Source: an uncultured Solirubrobacterales bacterium (GTDB lineage Bacteria; Actinomycetota; Thermoleophilia; Solirubrobacterales; JBBDJG01). From it: a stretch of 64,000 nucleotides of DNA. The notes beneath the pieces are model-generated. The model saw nothing but the letters and a program-made list of their open reading frames with translations. It searched no databases and was not told the origin of the DNA. Below, piece after piece: positions 37,754 to 47,883 of this stretch. The first letter of the stretch is position 1; every line of letters begins with the position of its first letter. The position numbers and the translations under genes are program-made. The DNA is taken from NCBI GenBank assembly GCA_963759145.1, contig CAVWYB010000035.1, positions 32,824 to 96,823 on the forward strand, read 5' to 3'.

Positions 37754-38672
37754 CGCCGGCGCGAGCGAGCATGCTCTCGAGGTCGGCGGCGAGCGAAGCC
37801 GGGTCGTCATGGAGCTGGCGCGGGGTGACTCGGATCACGCGCCAACCTGAGGCCTGGAGCGCGCGGTCGCGTTCACGGTCCTGCTCGAACGCGGCGCCGG
37901 TGTCGTGCGTTGCACGCGCGTCGAGCTCGACGACGAGCCCGTGGTCTGGCCAGACGCAGTCGCATTCGTAACCGAGCACGTTGAAGTTGGTGCGTGGAGC
38001 CGGCAGGCCCGCGTCGCGTGCGAATTCGAGGAAGAGCGCCTCGAGGTCGCTGCGGGTGAACTGTGGTCCGGTGTCGAGGATGGCCCGAATGGTTCCGACG
38101 CCCTTGCGCCTGGGATAGCGGGCGATCAGGTCCGGCACTGAAAGTGCGTCATCGAGTCGCCGCATCTCGGCTTCGTTGAACGCTTTTGCGAGCTGGTACG
38201 GGCGGAGCACCGCTGCCAGATCGAGCAGGGTGCGGGGGACCGAGGTCGTCGGGATGCCATTCACTGACATCGCCTCATCTTCTGGCAATGAGGATCTGTA
38301 AATGGTGATGCCCCGCCGGGAGCGACGGCCAGGTGCAGTGACCTCGAGGCCGGTGTAGGGACGCAAACCCAGGTTCGCCGCGGCCGACCGGTGGCTCAGC
38401 ACCGAGCGAGGACCGCATGCCAGGACCGCGGCCATCCACAGCCCTTCCCTCTTCAGAGAAGAGTGCCCGACTGCATAGACGCCGCGGTACAACCGATGCA
38501 GCCAACCTCGATCGAGCCGGTGTTGAATTGCGTCACGACTAGCACCAGCATCAACTAACTGCCACCGGGCGATCACGCCATGTTGACGCCTGGCCAATTC
38601 GGCGATCGCCGACTCCACACAACGGCAATTTGTACGGCCTATAGCCCGTACAAAATGACTTTGCTCGGGCAT
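37596..38672 (-). CDS. AbiEi-N-like / DUF559 (Vsr-like endonuclease fold) domain protein, intact; both ends uncertain (GTG 38618 possible start; last ~50 codons overlap the GH18 gene)
   Basis: IAELARRQHGVIARWQLVDAGASRDAIQHRLDRGWLHRLYRGVYAVGH..., then VVELDARATHDTGAAFEQDRERDRALQASGWRVIRVTPRQL. Confidence 0.75.
   Translation of the reverse strand: MPEQSHFVRAIGRTNCRCVESAIAELARRQHGVIARWQLVDAGASRDAIQHRLDRGWLHRLYRGVYAVGHSSLKREGLWMAAVLACGPRSVLSHRSAAANLGLRPYTGLEVTAPGRRSRRGITIYRSSLPEDEAMSVNGIPTTSVPRTLLDLAAVLRPYQLAKAFNEAEMRRLDDALSVPDLIARYPRRKGVGTIRAILDTGPQFTRSDLEALFLEFARDAGLPAPRTNFNVLGYECDCVWPDHGLVVELDARATHDTGAAFEQDRERDRALQASGWRVIRVTPRQLHDDPASLAADLESMLARAGAKGQRTRLARSARWPDPLHRGARNARRRGRTAARGTASRLCSARSRTRPCAW
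38629..38654. promoter_or_regulatory. 26-bp palindrome TTTGTACGG-c-CTATAG-c-CCGTACAAA (one mismatched pair), AT-rich
   Basis: Read from the sequence. It lies just upstream of the conserved part of the DUF559 gene, between the ATG 38672 and GTG 38618 candidate starts. Confidence 0.45.
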
Positions 38673-38836
38673 CGGCCGAGCATGGCACCCAGATCGACCC
38701 AGGTTGCGCTCGGAAAGGGCCGTAAGTCAGCGCGGATCGTGCCGAGACCGCGACGAGGCGCCCAGACCGCCCAGGCCGACCCCCTTACTGCCGGTTTTCG
38801 TCCCGCGCGAGCCTACAGCGGGCGCCCGCAGGAGAG

Positions 38837-39823
38837 CTACGAAGCCTGCGCCCGCGCCGGCTCGGCGTCCTCGGCCACGACCCACTCGAGCGTGCGGCGC
38901 ATGCCGTCCTCGAGCGCGATGCGTGCCTCGAAGCCGAGCACGTCGCGGGACCGGTTGACGTCGAGCGCCGAGCGCTGCACCTCGCCGGCACGGGCCGGCG
39001 CGAACTGCGCTTCGAAGGGATCGTTGGGGCCGATGATGCCCATGTCGCGGCCGAGCCTTCCCAGCACGTCGACGAGATCGAGCACCGATGACTCCTTGCC
39101 GGTGCCGACGTTGAACGGCCCCGTGACCTCGTTGGAAGAGGCGATCAGCGCGGCGCTGACGACCTCGTGCACATATATATAGTCGCGCGTCTGCAGGCCG
39201 TCGCCGAAGACGGTGGGCTGACCGCCGTCGCGCAGCTTGCCGCAGAAGATCGCGACCACGCCGGCTTCGCCGAGCGGGTCCTGCCGCGGGCCGTACACGT
39301 TGCCGAACCGCAGGCTCGCGGTGGAGAGACCGTGCAGGCGACCCCAGAGGTCGCAGTAGCCCTCCGCCGCGAACTTCGACTGGCCGTACGGAGCCTCGGA
39401 GTTGATCTCGGTGTCCTCGGGTGTGGGGAGCACGTCCGTCTCGCCGTAGATGGCGCCACCGGTCGACGCGAAGATGAAACGCCGGGATCCGCATTTGCGC
39501 GCGGCCTCCAGCATGTTGATCGTGCCGATCACGTTCACCTCGGCGTCGTAGACCGGCTTCGCCGCGGACACGCGCACGTCCATCTGGGCGGCCAGATGGA
39601 ACACGACCTCGGGTCGCTCCTGTTCGAGCAGCGAGCCCACGAGGGCGGCGTCGCGGACGTCCTCGACGACCAGTCTCGCGCCCTGCGCGAGTGCCGAGTC
39701 GAGGTTGGACCTGCGGCCCGTCGCGAGGTTGTCCAGCACCACTACGTGGTCCCCTCGTGCGAGCAGGGCATCAACGAGATTCGATCCTATGAACCCGGCT
39801 CCGCCGGTCACCAAAGCCTTCAA
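38837..39823 (-). CDS. NAD-dependent epimerase/dehydratase (UDP-glucose/UDP-GlcNAc 4-epimerase-like), intact
   Basis: MKALVTGGAGFIGSNLV (GxxGxxG) and SEAPYGQSKFAAE (YxxxK). 328 aa. Confidence 0.85.
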   Translation of the reverse strand: MKALVTGGAGFIGSNLVDALLARGDHVVVLDNLATGRRSNLDSALAQGARLVVEDVRDAALVGSLLEQERPEVVFHLAAQMDVRVSAAKPVYDAEVNVIGTINMLEAARKCGSRRFIFASTGGAIYGETDVLPTPEDTEINSEAPYGQSKFAAEGYCDLWGRLHGLSTASLRFGNVYGPRQDPLGEAGVVAIFCGKLRDGGQPTVFGDGLQTRDYIYVHEVVSAALIASSNEVTGPFNVGTGKESSVLDLVDVLGRLGRDMGIIGPNDPFEAQFAPARAGEVQRSALDVNRSRDVLGFEARIALEDGMRRTLEWVVAEDAEPARAQAS

Positions 39824-39937
39824 GCGCGGTGCCTCCTAACTGGCTCTTTTACAGCTTTTTCAGAGGGCTGCCGACAAACACTGCTGCTACCCTCGCTTGA
39901 CGTTTCGGCCGCCTGACGCATTACCTAAAGCACCGCA

Positions 39938-42240
39938 ATGAGACTGATCGTCACAGAAAAAGACAACAGCGCCAAGAAGATCGCCCAGATCCTGTCGGGG
40001 GGGAAAGCCAAGCAAGGTAAAAGCTACGGCATCCCGTTCTACGAGTGGCAGGATGAGTCGGATCACGTGTGCGTGATCGGCCTCAAGGGCCACCTGATGA
40101 ACCCCGTTTTCCCGGAGGGCTACTCGGAGTGGCGCAAGGTCGAGCCCCGCGAGTTGATCGATGCTCCGCTGCAGAAGGAGCCGATCCAGAAGAGCGTCCA
40201 CAAGGCGCTGCGCAAGCAGGCCAGGGACGCCGACTCGGTCGTGATCGCGACGGACTTCGACCGTGAGGGCGAGCTGATCGGGCTGGAGGCGCTCGAGGAG
40301 ATCCTCGACGTCAACTCCAAGATCGCGGGAGAGAACGGACGCGTGACCGGCGCCAACATCAGGCGCGCGCGCTTCTCGGCGCTCACGCAAGGAGGAGATC
40401 GAGGAGGCCTTCTCCAACCTGGTCGACCTGTCCGAGCCGCTTGCCCGCGCCGGCGAGGCGCGTCAGGACATCGACCTGATCTGGGGTGCGACGCTGACGC
40501 GGTTCGTGTCGCTCGCCACCGGCCGCCTGGGCTCGAGTTTCCTGTCCGTCGGGCGCGTGCAGAGCCCGACCCTCGCGATCGTCGTCGACCGCGAGCTCGA
40601 GCGGCGCGCCCACGTCGCCAAGCCCTACTGGGAGGTGTTCGCGGCCTTCGAGCATCCCGACGGCCGGTTCACGGCACATCACAAGGTGGACAAGTTCTGG
40701 GAAGAGGCCGAGGCCAAGGCCGCGCTCGCCAACACCAAGAGCCCGGGCATCGTGCGCAAGGTCGAGTCCAAGCGCAACACTCGCCGTCCGCCGGGGCCGT
40801 TCAACACGACCGCATTTACGAGCGCAGCCTCGAGTGTGGGTGTCTCGCCGGCGCGCGCGATGCGGATCGCCGAAGACCTCTACATGGACGGATTCATCTC
40901 CTACCCGCGGACCGACAACACCGTCTATCCGGACTCCCTTCCGGTGCGCGAGCTGCTGCAGTCGATCGCACAGGTCGACGCCTTCGACGCGGCCGCGCCG
41001 ATCGCGTCGAAGCCCGAGCTCACGCCCACCCGCGGCAAGAAGCAGACGACCGACCACCCGCCGATCTATCCCACGCAGGCGCTCGACCCGAAGGTGCTGC
41101 CGGACGACGGCCACCGCAAGATCTACGAGCTCGTCGTGCGGCGCTTCGTCGCGACGTTCGCAGATCCCGCGGTGTCGGAGTCCACGCGCGCCGATATCGA
41201 GGCCGGCACCGAGGGTTACTTCGTGCGCGGCAACGTGCTGATCGAGCCCGGCTTCCTCGCGATCTACCCGTACGGGCGCTCGAAGGACGAGGAGATCCCG
41301 AAGGTCGAGGAGGGCCAGGAGCTTCCGCTCGCCGCGGTCGAGGTCTCCGACGAGGGCCCGACATCGAACCCGTGGTTCGACGCCAAGGAAACGCAGCCGC
41401 CGTCGCGGATCGGGCAGGGCACGGCTGATCGAGATGATGGAGGAGCTCGGCCTCGGTACGAAGGCCACCCGCCACGACATCATCCAGAAGCTCTACGACC
41501 GCGGGTACGTGCAGAACAACCCGATCGAGCCCTCGGAGACCGGGATCGCGATGGTGAAGGCGTTCACGCAGTACGCCAAGCGCGTCGCAACGCCCGACAT
41601 GACCGCCGAGCTCGAGCAGGACATGGACCGGATCGCCGCGAGCGAGGTCACCAAGGACCAGGTCGTGGACACATCCCGCAGCATGCTCCGCGAGTCCTAC
41701 GACCTCATGGACGAGCACAAGCGCGAGCTCGCCGAGATCATCTGGGAGGGCATGAACCAGGACCGGATCCTCGGTCCCTGTCCGCAGTGCCGCGACGCCG
41801 GCCGGGTGAACGAGGAAGGCCAGCCCAACCGCCTGAAGATCATCCGCGCGAAGAAGTCAGGGAAGCGCTTCGTCGGATGCGAGGGCTACCCCGAGTGCGA
41901 CCAGACCTATGGGATTCCGCAGCGGGGTGACCTGATCCGCCTGGAGGAGAACTGCTCGATCTGCCACGAGACGCCTCGCCTCAAGGTGTGGACGGGCCGC
42001 CGGCCCTGGAATCTTTGCCTGAACGAGGACTGCCCGTCGATGGTGGAGATGCGCGAGCAGCGCGCCGAGCGCGAGGCCGCCCGGGCGGCCAAGGAAGCGG
42101 CTGAGGCCGAGGCTGCGGGCGACGGTGCGGCGGACGGCGCCGCAGCGTCGGACGGCGACGGCGCGGAACAGGCGCCGGACGAAGCGGCTCCGGCCAAGAA
42201 GGCCGCCCCGAAGCGCCGCCGGGCGCCGGCCACCACCTAA
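39938..42240 (+). CDS. topA: type IA DNA topoisomerase of Topo III / archaeal-TopA sequence type with C-terminal zinc ribbons and a Lys/Ala-rich tail; frameshifts ~40385 and ~41425
   Basis: Toprim start MRLIVTEKDNSAKKIA and DSVVIATDFDREGE. Active-site block GFISYPRTDN. Also CPQCRD...GCEGYPECDQ and CSICHE...CLNEDCP. The tail is ...PAKKAAPKRRRAPATT. Confidence 0.85.
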
Positions 42241-42311
42241 GCGGACCGCGCCCGAAAGGGGCACCTGGCCGGCGGGCCTGGTACCCACCAATTCGTGCGA
42301 GTATCAACCCC

Positions 42312-42812
42312 ATGGACCTGCGGGCCCAGCAGAAGCCCCTCAAGGAGCGCTACCGGGCCGAGCCCGACGCGGCCCGCATCACGCTGACCGCCCGAGGTAG
42401 TCAGGGCGACGCGCCGGTCGCCTGTTCGGTCGATCTGGGGCGAGCGATTCAGCAGGCAGAAGCGCACGTCGGCGTCGGTGGGCCCGGCACGGCCGCCTGC
42501 TCCGGCGATCTACTGCTGGGCGCGCTCGCCGCGTGCGCCCAGGTGACGTGCCAGATGGTTGCGACCGCAATGGGGATCGCGGCCGAACGCATCGAGGTCG
42601 TCGTGGAGGGGGATCTCGACCTGCGCGGGACGCTGGGCGTCTCGAAGGAGACGCCGGTCGGCTTCGAGAGCATCCGGCTGCGTTTCGAGATCGACGCGCC
42701 AGACGCGACGCCCGAGCAGATCGCCGACCTGATCGCTAAATCCGAGCGCTACTGCACGGTGCTGCAGACGCTCAACCACCCGCCACGGGTGGAAGTGCAG
42801 CTTCACGATTAG
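42312..42812 (+). CDS. OsmC family peroxiredoxin-like protein
   Basis: 166 aa with two conserved Cys contexts ([15 protein letters not shown] ... [11 protein letters not shown]). Confidence 0.8.
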   Translation: MDLRAQQKPLKERYRAEPDAARITLTARGSQGDAPVACSVDLGRAIQQAEAHVGVGGPGTAACSGDLLLGALAACAQVTCQMVATAMGIAAERIEVVVEGDLDLRGTLGVSKETPVGFESIRLRFEIDAPDATPEQIADLIAKSERYCTVLQTLNHPPRVEVQLHD

Positions 42813-42866
42813 CCCATGCCCGAACCGGGAAAGCTGCCCCAGGAACGCGATCGGAGGGGAAGTGGC

Positions 42867-43930
42867 ATGGGAATCGCGGGTCAGAGCGCGCTGGCGCCGC
42901 AGCTCGACGCGCTGATCGAGCACGGAGTCGAAGAAGGTTGCCTCGAGCTCTCGGAGATCAGCGAGCTGATCGCCGAGCTCGGCTGGAGGAAGCCAACGTC
43001 GACGAGCTCTTCATCCGGCTCGAGCAACGCGGAGTCGAGATCAGCGACGACTGCGGTCGCGAGGTCTCCGAGCAGGTCGCCTATGGGAACGACAGCCTCG
43101 CGGCCAAGACGACCGAAGCGCTCGACCTGTTTTTCGCGGAGATGCGCCGTTTCAACCTGCTGTCCGCTTCGGAAGAGGTGTCTCTCGCAAAGCGCATCGA
43201 GAACGGAGACGAGCGGGCGAAGGAGCGGATGATCAACTCGAACCTGCGGCTGGTCGTCTCGATCGCGCGTCGCTACCCGCGCACGGAGCTGTCGCTGCTC
43301 GACCTGATCCAGGAGGGAACGCTCGGCCTGATCCGCGCGGTGGAGAAGTTCGACTGGCGCCGTGGTTTCAAGTTCTCGACCTACGCCACCTGGTGGATCC
43401 GGCAGTCGATCGATCGCGGCGTTCAGAACAAGGCGCGCACGATCAGGATGCCGGTCCACGTGCTCCAGCGCGAGCGCAAGGTGGGCAAGGTCGAGCGCGA
43501 GCTGACGGCGAGATTGGAGCGCGCGCCGACGGACGAGGAGATCGCCGAGGCGTGCGAGTTCTCGCCGAAGCAGGTCCGGGAGGTGCTCGACGCGCCCCGC
43601 ACCGTGACGAGCTTGGACAAGCCGATCACCGAGGGAGAGGAAGGGACGCTCGGCGAGGTGCTGCCGGGTGAGGGCCCCGACCCCGAGCGGGAGGTCGACA
43701 TCAGGCTCGAGCAGCGCGTCGTGCGCGAGGCGCTCGACCAGCTCCCGGCCGAGGAGCGCGAAGTGCTGATGCTCCGCTTCGGGCTCAACGGCTCGGCGGA
43801 GCCGATGACGCTCGACCAGGTCGTCACGCAACTCGGCATCTCGCGGAACCGGGTCCGGCGCCTGGAGGCGGAAGGGCTCTCGAGGCTGGCGCTCCTGCGC
43901 GAGGTCCAGGGGCTGCGCCGCTTCGGCTGA
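42867..43930 (+). CDS. sigma-70 family RNA polymerase sigma factor (group 1/2 type), one frameshift ~42985
   Basis: Region 2 [37 protein letters not shown], region 3 and region 4 [39 protein letters not shown] lies before ATG 42867. Confidence 0.85.
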
Positions 43931-43968
43931 AGGGAGGGCCGCGGCGGCTCGCCGTTAACCTGCGGAAG

Positions 43969-44571
43969 GTGTTCGTCACCTTCGAGGGAATCGACCGGTC
44001 CGGCAAGACGACGCAGGCCAAGTTGCTCGCGGAGGCGCTCGGCGAGGAAGCGGTGCTGGTGCGCGAGCCGGGCGGCACACCGGCCGCCGAGCGGATCCGG
44101 GAGCTCGTGAAGGACCCCGGCGTGACGCTTTCGCCGATCGCCGAGACGCTGCTGTTCGGCGCGGCCCGCGCGGAGCTGATCGAGCGAGTGCTGAGGCCTG
44201 CGCTCGACGAGGGCAAGACGGTGATCTCCGACCGCTACATCGACTCGACCGTCGCCTATCAGGGCGGCGCGCGCGGCCTGGGCATCGAGCGCGTCGAGCA
44301 GCTCAACGACTGGATCGCGGGCGGGCTCTGGCCGGACGTCACGTTCCTGCTCGAGATCGAGCCGGCCGCCGCCGGCGGCCGCCGCGGGGACGCGGACCGC
44401 TTCGAGCAGGAGGGGCAAGACCTTCAGCGGGCGGTCGCGGCGGCCTACGAGCGGCTCGCCGAGCGCCACGCCGAGCGCTACGTGCGGATCGACGCCTCGC
44501 GGTCCCCGGAGGAGGTTCACGAGCAGGTGCTGGCAGAGGTCGAAGCTCGCCGCACCGGAGCGATGCGATGA
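43969..44571 (+). CDS. tmk: dTMP (thymidylate) kinase
   Basis: FVTFEGIDRSGKTTQ (P-loop), VREPGGTP and DRYIDSTVAYQG. 200 aa. Confidence 0.9.
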   Translation: MFVTFEGIDRSGKTTQAKLLAEALGEEAVLVREPGGTPAAERIRELVKDPGVTLSPIAETLLFGAARAELIERVLRPALDEGKTVISDRYIDSTVAYQGGARGLGIERVEQLNDWIAGGLWPDVTFLLEIEPAAAGGRRGDADRFEQEGQDLQRAVAAAYERLAERHAERYVRIDASRSPEEVHEQVLAEVEARRTGAMR

Positions 44572-45698
44572 GCGCCGTGCTCCCGGGCACCGAGCATCAG
44601 CCGCTGGCGCGGCTCGCGCTCGAGGCGGCGCTGCGCGGGGACGGGTTGAGCCACGCCTATCTCTTCCACGGTCCTCCGGGAACCGGCAAGCGGGAGGCGG
44701 CGCGCGCCTTTGCGGCCGCCCTGATCTCGGAGGGTGCCCCGGATCCCGCCGACGCCGAGCGGCGGGTGCTGTCGGGTGTGCATCCGGACCTCGCGTGGGT
44801 CGAGCCACGCGGCGCTCACGAGGTGCTGGTCGACGACGTGCGCACACAGGTCGTGCGCCAGGCCGCGCTGCGGCCGTTCGAGTCCGAGCGCCGCGTGTTC
44901 GTGATCGTCGAGGCCGACCGCATGAACGACGAGTCCCAGAACGCTTTGCTGAAGACGCTGGAGGAGCCCGCCTCGTTCGCTCACATGCTGCTCGTCAGCT
45001 CGGCGCCGGGCAGGCTTCTGCCCACGATCGTCTCGCGACTGCAGAGCGTCCGCTTCGGCCCGGTGCCGGCGGCGCGGATCGCGGAGCTGCTCGAGGCCGA
45101 CGGGATCGAGCCGCGCACGGCGCTGGCCTGCGCGCGGCTCGCAGGGGGCAATGCCCGGCGCGCCCGCCACCTGGCCTCGCCCGATGGCGCCGAGCAGCGC
45201 GCGGAAGCCGTGCAGGCCGCCCGGTCGACGCTGCAGCGGATCGATGATCCACAGTGGGTGATCGCGGAGCCATGGCGACCGCTGCTGGACCGGGCGGCGA
45301 AGGCCGGCGCCGCGGCGGAGGCCGCGGTCAAGCAGGACCTCGCCGAGCGGCTCGAAAACGAGCCGAAGCGGGGCCGGCAGGGGTTCGTGCGGGAGTTCGA
45401 GCTGCAGGCGCGCCGGGCCCGGCGGCGCGGGCAGACCGCGTCGCTCGATCTCAGCCTGGAGCTCGTCAGCCTCTGGTTCCGGGATCTGGTCGCGGTGGCG
45501 AGCGGGCGCGAGGCTCAGGTCTTCAATCTCGACCGTGCCGACGAGCTCGCCGCGGACGCGCGCGGCCGCAGCCCCGAGCGGCTCATCGACTGCCTCGAGC
45601 TGTCCGAGGACACGCGCCGCCGGCTCGAGCGCAACGTGCTCGAGGACCTTGCGCTCGAAGCGCTCTTCAACCGGCTGCGGCGCGTGGCGGCGGCCTAG
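44568..45698 (+). CDS. holB: DNA polymerase III subunit delta-prime
   Basis: HAYLFHGPPGTGKREAA, VFVIVEADRMNDESQNALLKTLEEP and TIVSRLQSVRF. ATGA overlap with tmk. Confidence 0.85.
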   Translation: MSAVLPGTEHQPLARLALEAALRGDGLSHAYLFHGPPGTGKREAARAFAAALISEGAPDPADAERRVLSGVHPDLAWVEPRGAHEVLVDDVRTQVVRQAALRPFESERRVFVIVEADRMNDESQNALLKTLEEPASFAHMLLVSSAPGRLLPTIVSRLQSVRFGPVPAARIAELLEADGIEPRTALACARLAGGNARRARHLASPDGAEQRAEAVQAARSTLQRIDDPQWVIAEPWRPLLDRAAKAGAAAEAAVKQDLAERLENEPKRGRQGFVREFELQARRARRRGQTASLDLSLELVSLWFRDLVAVASGREAQVFNLDRADELAADARGRSPERLIDCLELSEDTRRRLERNVLEDLALEALFNRLRRVAAA

Positions 45699-45709
45699 CG
45701 CTCGGCTTC

Positions 45710-46805
45710 ATGAGCAGCCGCGGGAGGAACAACGGGAGGCGGCGACCGCTTCGAGCGAGACCGGTGACCGGTCCGGCGCCGGTCACGATGCCGGCCGAGT
45801 TCAACCCACGGATGCTGGCGAAGCGGGCGGCGCAGGTGGCGGTGGTGATCGCCGTGCTGTTCCTGATCGTGATCTTCGCGCCGGGGCTCGGCGAGGTGCG
45901 CGCCCGCCTGGAGGGCGCGAAGCCGCGAGTGGATCGCGCTCGGGGTCGCCTTCGAGGCCCTGTCGGGCATGTCCTACGTGCTCATGTTCAGGCCGATCTT
46001 CTGCCCGCGGATGCCGTGGCGCACGAGCTGGGAGATCAGCTGGTCATCGCTCGGGATGGGATCGATCGTGCCGGCCAGCGGCGCCGCCGGTCTGGCGCTC
46101 GGCGCCTGGATCCTCCACGAGGGCGGCATGGACGCAGACCACATCGCGCGCCGCTCGGTGGCCTTCTTCCTGATCAAGAGCATGGTCAACTTCGTCGCCG
46201 TGGCGGTGCTCGGCACGCTGATGGCGCTCGGCATCCTGGGGCCGGACCAGCCGCTCTGGCTGACGGCGCTCCCGGCTGCCGCCGCGGTGATCGTGATCGC
46301 GCTCGTGCTGGCGATTCCACGCCTTGGCCCTGGGAAGGACCCGGGTCCCGACGCGGGCCGCGTCCGGCGCGCGTGACGACGCGCGCGCCGGGCAGTTGAT
46401 CCGGGGCACCGGCGAGGCGGTGCAGCTTCTGCGTTCGCGCAACTGGCAGGTGCTGCTCGGCTCCTTCGGATACTGGGCGTGGGACAACGCGGTGCTGTGG
46501 GCGACCTTCAACGCGTTCGGCTACTCGCCGCCGCTCAGCGATCCTGCTGATGGGCTACCTGATCGGGCAGCTCGGCGGACTGCTGCCGATTCCCGGCGGC
46601 ATCGGCGGGATCGACGGCGGACTGCTCGGCACCTTCATCGTCTACGGGGCGCCCGCCGCCACGACCGCCGCGGCGGTGCTCGCCTACCGCGTGATCCTCT
46701 TCTGGCTGCCCGCTGGTCGTGGGCGCGGTCGCGTTCATCCGCCTGCGGCGCGGGCTCAACGACCCGGACCGCCCGGAGCTGTGCGTGGTGCCCGCGCCAA
46801 CCTAG
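45710..46805 (+). CDS. flippase-like / lysylphosphatidylglycerol-synthase TM-region (UPF0104) family membrane protein, frameshifted (~45930, ~46380, ~46540, ~46720)
   Basis: Multi-TM pieces in three frames (AAQVAVVIAVLFLIVIFAPGLG, SYVLMFRPIFCPRMPWRTSWEISWSSLGMGSIVPASGAAGLALGAWIL, MGYLIGQLGGLLPIPGGIGGIDGGLLGTFIVYG). Confidence 0.65.
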
Positions 46806-47883
46806 CGCGTAGGGCGAGCACGCGACGAGCCGCGGCCTCGAGGTCGGCTCGCGGGATCGCACCGGCGGAGGCCGCTCGTTCGAGGCCCGCGGCGGCCAGC
46901 GCGCCGGCGCGGTAAGTGCGCGCGAAGAGCAGCAGGTCGGTGCCGGCGGCTGCCGCGCGCCTCGCGACCTGCTTCGGCCCTCCATATCGGGCCAGCGCCG
47001 GGCTCTCGAGCGTGTCGGTGATCGACACTCCTTCGAAGCCCAGGCGGCCTGCGCAGCTCGCCGGTCGGCGACCGCGCGCGAGAGCGCCGCCGGCAGGCGG
47101 TCGAGGGCCGGGTAGACCGCCGTGCTCAGCATCACCATGCGATCGCCGCCGCGGATCCCGCGCGCGAACGGCGGCTCGTCGACGCCGCGAATGGTCCGCG
47201 CGGAAAGCGGGATCCGGACGGGGCCGTAGTCCGTGTTGGTGGCGGCGGCGCCGAAGCCGGGGAAGTGCTTCAGGGTCGCGACCACGCCGGCGTCCTCGAT
47301 GCCTGCCGCAAACGCGTCCGCAAGCGCGGCCGACTGCGGCCGGCTCCTGCCCGTATGTGCGCTCTTCCCTCTGCAAGGCGCTGCCGGGGCGTGCGACGTC
47401 GGCAACCGGCGCCAGGTTCACGTTGATCCCGAGCGCGCGCAGGTTCCGTCCCGCGCTTCGCCCTTCCGCCCGGGCGAGCCGCGGATCGTCGGCGCGGCCG
47501 ACGCTCTCGGCGGACAGCTCCGGTGGCCCGGGTACGTGGTTCGTCTCGCCTCCCTCCTGGTCCACCATCACGAGCAGTGGGGCGTCCAAGGGCGAGGCAG
47601 CGTTGAGGCGCTGCGCGCGGCGGATGAGCGCGCGCAAGCCGCGCCTCGAGCGGAAGTTCCTCGAGAAGATCACGATCCCGGCGGCCTCGCCCGCCCGGAT
47701 CCGGCGAGCCAGCCCGCGGGGCAGCGTGCGGCCGGGGAACGCGAACACGAACCGCTGCCCGACCAGCTGGGAGATGGACAGCGCGGGCCCGCTCGCCCGC
47801 GGTGAGCTCTCGCCTTCCCCGCATGCCGCCGTCCCGATCGCCAAGACCGCGAGAGCGGTCCGGACGGTCGCGCGCCCGGTCAC
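46756..47883 (-). CDS. glycoside hydrolase family 3 N-terminal-domain protein (beta-N-acetylhexosaminidase/NagZ-like) lipoprotein, frameshifted (~47400, ~47050)
   Basis: Lipobox LAIGTAACG, then VDQEGG, NVNLAPVADV, ATLKHFPGFG and GFEGVSITDTL. Confidence 0.75.
   Translation of the reverse strand: MTGRATVRTALAVLAIGTAACGEGESSPRASGPALSISQLVGQRFVFAFPGRTLPRGLARRIRAGEAAGIVIFSRNFRSRRGLRALIRRAQRLNAASPLDAPLLVMVDQEGGETNHVPGPPELSAESVGRADDPRLARAEGRSAGRNLRALGINVNLAPVADVARPGSALQREERTYGQEPAAVGRACGRVCGRHRGRRRGRDPEALPRLRRRRHQHGLRPRPDPAFRADHSRRRRAAVRARDPRRRSHGDAEHGGLPGPRPPAGGALARGRRPASCAGRLGFEGVSITDTLESPALARYGGPKQVARRAAAAGTDLLLFARTYRAGALAAAGLERAASAGAIPRADLEAAARRVLALRARLARAPRTAPGGPGR

Noticed and set aside
43423-44847. 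474-aa minus-strand ORF opposite the sigma factor, tmk and holB
   Set aside because: It spans three well-supported plus-strand genes and is Arg/Pro/Ala-rich, so it is an antisense artefact.
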